This document shows positions 60,700-64,000 of a DNA stretch of 64,000 nt, piece after piece (positions within the stretch are counted from its first letter, which is position 1; each line of letters starts with the position of its first letter). The notes beneath the pieces were generated by a model. That model was not told the DNA's origin. It searched no databases and saw only the letters and a program-made list of their open reading frames with translations. The position numbers and the translations under genes are program-made. Source of the stretch: Phyllosticta citribraziliensis (Eukaryota); assembly GCF_038025025.1 (NCBI RefSeq), contig NW_027117344.1:1302001-1366000 (forward strand). Reading direction: 5' to 3'.

Positions 60700-61442
60700 C
60701 GTCCTCGTAGGCCTCCCAAACCACACCACGACCCTTCTTCGACCCCCAGGATAATTTCTGCCACTCGGGTCTCAAGTCCTCCCAAAAAGTACCATTTGAC
60801 AAATTCGCAATGGTTCGCTGTCTCTCTACCAATGAGAAAATCTGCATCAACGTTGTTGCTATCACTGCTCTTCTTGTCGGAAAGGCCTTCGACTGCGGGG
60901 CACTCGTCAACATTTCCCACCTCATCAGCACGTCCTTCATCATCGCAATCTTGACCAACTGGCGTGCTTACTGGAAAAAGGCGCGCAAGTCTGTGGAACT
61001 GGACAAAGCCCGGACCAGGGGCATCGAAACCGCGAGCGAATTGTATGCGGCAGCGACCTAAGCAAAGCTGTGGCACTCAGACCCAAATTTCACTCGGGCT
61101 TTTGACTGCATGATTCGGATTGGAACCGTGGGAATGATGGCTGTCAATCGCAAAGAGGCTGTTTATACGGAACAGGCCGACCGTCACCGGACTATGATTA
61201 AACTCGAAGAGTTGCTCTTGACTAGATGCATTTTCAAGAGACATATCAGATCGTTGGTGTACCAAAATGATCGACCAAGTTCGGATGAGACAGATACAAA
61301 TTCGGATGGGACAGATGCGAGTTCGGATGAGACAGATGACTCCGAGGAATTGGATCTTTTTGAAGATGTCTTACACTGCGACCAATTACTCGAAGAGCAT
61401 ATCAAAGCACTCGAACTTGAAGTTTACATACTACTCGAGTGA
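60700..61442 (+). pseudogene. possible decayed protein-coding remnant
   Basis: ORFs 60810-61061 and 61110-61442 share one frame, separated by a single TAA; contains an in-frame codon-length repeat. Confidence 0.35.
61278..61340 (+). repeat. 21-bp tandem repeat x3
   Basis: AGTTCGGATGAGACAGATACA / AATTCGGATGGGACAGATGCG / AGTTCGGATGAGACAGATGAC. Confidence 0.85.
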
Positions 61443-62539
61443 GCCAGTATCGTTGACATGAATACTACTGTTGCCGTGCTAGTAAGCTGACATCTAGAAT
61501 CCAGTCTCAAGGGCCCAACTCTTCCGAAGATGTAGTTGGACACCGAAGCTTGAGTATCAGCTACATTCGCAGTTTAATATACTCCAATGCGGAAAGGAGG
61601 CACTCGGATCACCATGGATGTTCCTCCAGGAAGATCCCTACTTCTACAATAGATCCTACTGCATAATGCGTTTACCATCCGCGCCAGGGGGAAGATGGGG
61701 AAGCGCAAAGTCTGTCTTTCAAACACAACTTCCAGTCCGACCACTGACAGATAGCAGAGAAAATGCAAACAAAAGCTTCATGATCGTTGGAGAACGCTCC
61801 GCTGGGGTTTTTTGCTTTGTCCTTACATTCCCGAGGATTGGCGTTGTGCAGCTTTTGCCACAGATTACCAAATATATCATGTTCTCCGCAACACTTTCTT
61901 GCTCCCGCTAAAGACGTGCTCCGACCAAGGCTTTGGTCTAGTATAATCGAGCCCCTCGACTTGAATTTTTCCTCGGGGTTGCGGGGCTTCTGGTACCCAA
62001 TTCTAATCCCTGGGCATTGACTACAACAAGGTGATTATATATTTCGACCATTTCGACCAACTGGCATCAATGTTCAACGTCGCAGACGGGAATAAGCCAA
62101 TCCGAAATGCAAGACCGTAGCATTATACGCTCAACGTGCGTCCTACGGGCCTTGCACCAAGCCTGTTCCTGTTTTCATGAAGTTCCGACACCCTGAGCCG
62201 GCAGATGGCTTACTTCTCGATTCTGGAACTCATCGACCCGCCTGGAAGTTGGATCTTTGCGCTCGCTTATGCAGCGCCATGTCAGTAGTCGCCCCCTTGG
62301 TTCCAGAATGTCGTCGTGGTTTCGTGGTTCTGGACAGGACGCCAAAGACCCTTGATTCCACTGCTTGGGTCTGACGTCTCCAGTCATGTGAAATTTGCAA
62401 GTGCCCGCTCTAAAGTCATGATCAAAGAATATCATTAGTCCTACATATGTCATCAGTTGACTTTCATTTACAACAATCTTCAGAATACCCCGTGCTCCTT
62501 TTTCCTTCTGTGCAAAAAAAGCCATGTGACTACAGCAAT

Positions 62540-63968
62540 TTAACAGCCTTTGTAACCCTTTTCCTGCCAAACTTTGACGCTCTTGACCAACATCTCGCCA
62601 CTCTTCTCCCATGTCGGATACCATTTGTTCCGCGCGTTCCAAAAATCCCTGGGAGCGGTCAATGATGAGTCGACCCAAGGCTTGCTGTTGCGGCCGTCCT
62701 TGAACCATCCGTTGGTTGCACCGACGGCGACGTTGATGATGAGATAAAAGTCTTGGTCGAAGGGCGCCGCATTGTTTCCCGCGGCCTGCCATGGATTGAC
62801 AATGCGGGTGCCGTTGGAGTCGGCGACGGGGAAGTGGCCACGGGTGAAGAATGGTTCGTTGAACTTGACGTACATGACCTGGATAATGCGCGAATCGACG
62901 TAGGTGAAGAGGTACTTTTCACTCCATTCGAGGCCAAAGGTGTGGAAGTCGGTGGCATAGGTGGTGAGCTTGGCTTTGCGCTTGACATTGGTCTTGTACC
63001 AGCCATCTTCGCTGGTAGAGGGGCCGTAGTGCAGCGTCGAAGAGACGATTTCGTTGCCGCCTTGACCGTACGTGTAGTTGTTGCCGCGCGATTCCATTAT
63101 GTCAATCTCACCGCTGCGCGGCCAGTCTCCGTACGTGCTGTTGACGGGCATCATCCAGATGGCGGGCCAGAGCCAATCGCCCGCGGGGAGCTTTGCCGTC
63201 ACTTCCACCCTGCCGTACTTGATGCTCAGACCTTTCATGGTGTTGATGCGACCGGACTTGACTGGGTTCACAATCGTACCATTGGTGGTGTTTGTGGCCA
63301 TGTGACAGTTCTTGTACACATCCGAAACGCATCCGCCACTGCCGGTGAGATCAATCAATTGGTTCGTCTCGATCAGGCTTTGATCTTGGAGAGTGGGTTT
63401 GATGTGAAGAAGGCCGTCCTTTACAAACACATTTTCGTCTGTGTTTGTCGTCACGTCGAACTGACCATTTCTGTGACACGTTAGTCTTCTCTGTTGGTTT
63501 CGCAGAATTGACGACCTACCCGTAGCCACCCGCATTCACCTCCTTTGTCCATATTTTTTCATCCAGACCATTTGCAAAGTTATCATCCAGCACCTGGCAA
63601 TACTCGTGATCAATGACAGAGTTCAAGCCATCCCATACCAGGACCGCTGTCACGGCAATGCCGGCGAAAAGGCCGATCAAGGGGAAAATGGTAATCCATT
63701 TTGCCTTGGGATCTTTCTTCTCCTTCCAAGGCTGTTCCACGGTTCCCTTTTTGATTCTCCTCGATCGGAAGAAGGGCTGACGCGCGACAGCGTGGAAGTC
63801 GTACAATGAAGTAGTCGCGGAAGCCGGCATGGATCCATACGGCGTGGCAAAAGGATTCGAAGCCGCACGTTGGATAGTGGGCACCGGGGAGATGACATCG
63901 CTTTCTGGGGTGCCCGGCCGATTTGAAGCAGTCGCGGTAGAAGTGCCCGAACTGGCTTTTTCGGCCAT
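62540..63968 (-). CDS. membrane-anchored GH16 beta-1,3-glucanase/glucan-binding protein (2 exons)
   Basis: N-terminal TM helix; GGYG|NGQF, KYGRVEVTAKLPAGDWLWPAIWMMP, catalytic GEIDIME and APFDQDFY motifs. Intron 63471-63519. Confidence 0.93.
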
Positions 63969-64000
63969 ATTGGAAAATTTTACGGAAAGATGAAATGAAC

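Noticed and set aside
62753..63484. 243-aa ORF (likewise 3561-4211, 15579-16298, 36904-37602 and 46673-47299)
   Set aside because: All lie antisense to well-supported genes.
1..64000. CRISPR array, intact transposon, TPP riboswitch, snRNA, telomerase RNA template, biosynthetic gene cluster
   Set aside because: No repeat-spacer array, transposase/RT ORF, matching consensus motif or PKS/NRPS gene was found by eye.

Overview
This is gene-dense, intron-rich, GC-rich eukaryotic DNA from a filamentous ascomycete (Pezizomycotina; Dothideomycete-like by inference). I find about 23 spliced or single-exon protein genes: cyclin C/SSN8, Ca-binding mitochondrial carrier SAL1, SNARE SYN8, a RING-TRAF protein, ZPR1, RNase P subunit RPR2, lariat debranching enzyme DBR1, a sugar porter, a multi-C2H2 protein, ORC6, a TBC Rab-GAP, an SprT/Spartan protease, a G1 glutamic protease, a BED-like + Zn2Cys6 factor, a SIR2/HST1 sirtuin, a GPI protein, SCAP, agmatinase, Fpg glycosylase, a DHA1 MFS transporter, a CHORD protein, a glutaredoxin-like protein, HpcH aldolase and a GH16 glucanase. 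There is also one dispersed 5S rRNA gene. The most unusual feature is a ~215-nt tRNA-mimic at 14619-14833, just downstream of the divergent RPR2/DBR1 pair. It has a full Pol III set of signals (TATA, A box, B box, T5 terminator) and a conserved tRNA elbow, but its anticodon loop is replaced by a ~150-nt structured domain. Other notable items are a 261-nt in-frame exitron-like segment in SAL1, a 663-nt hairpin-rich intron in the SprT gene, a GC-AG intron in SSN8 and two decayed gene relics. All calls come from reading the sequence by eye; no database search or folding program was run.
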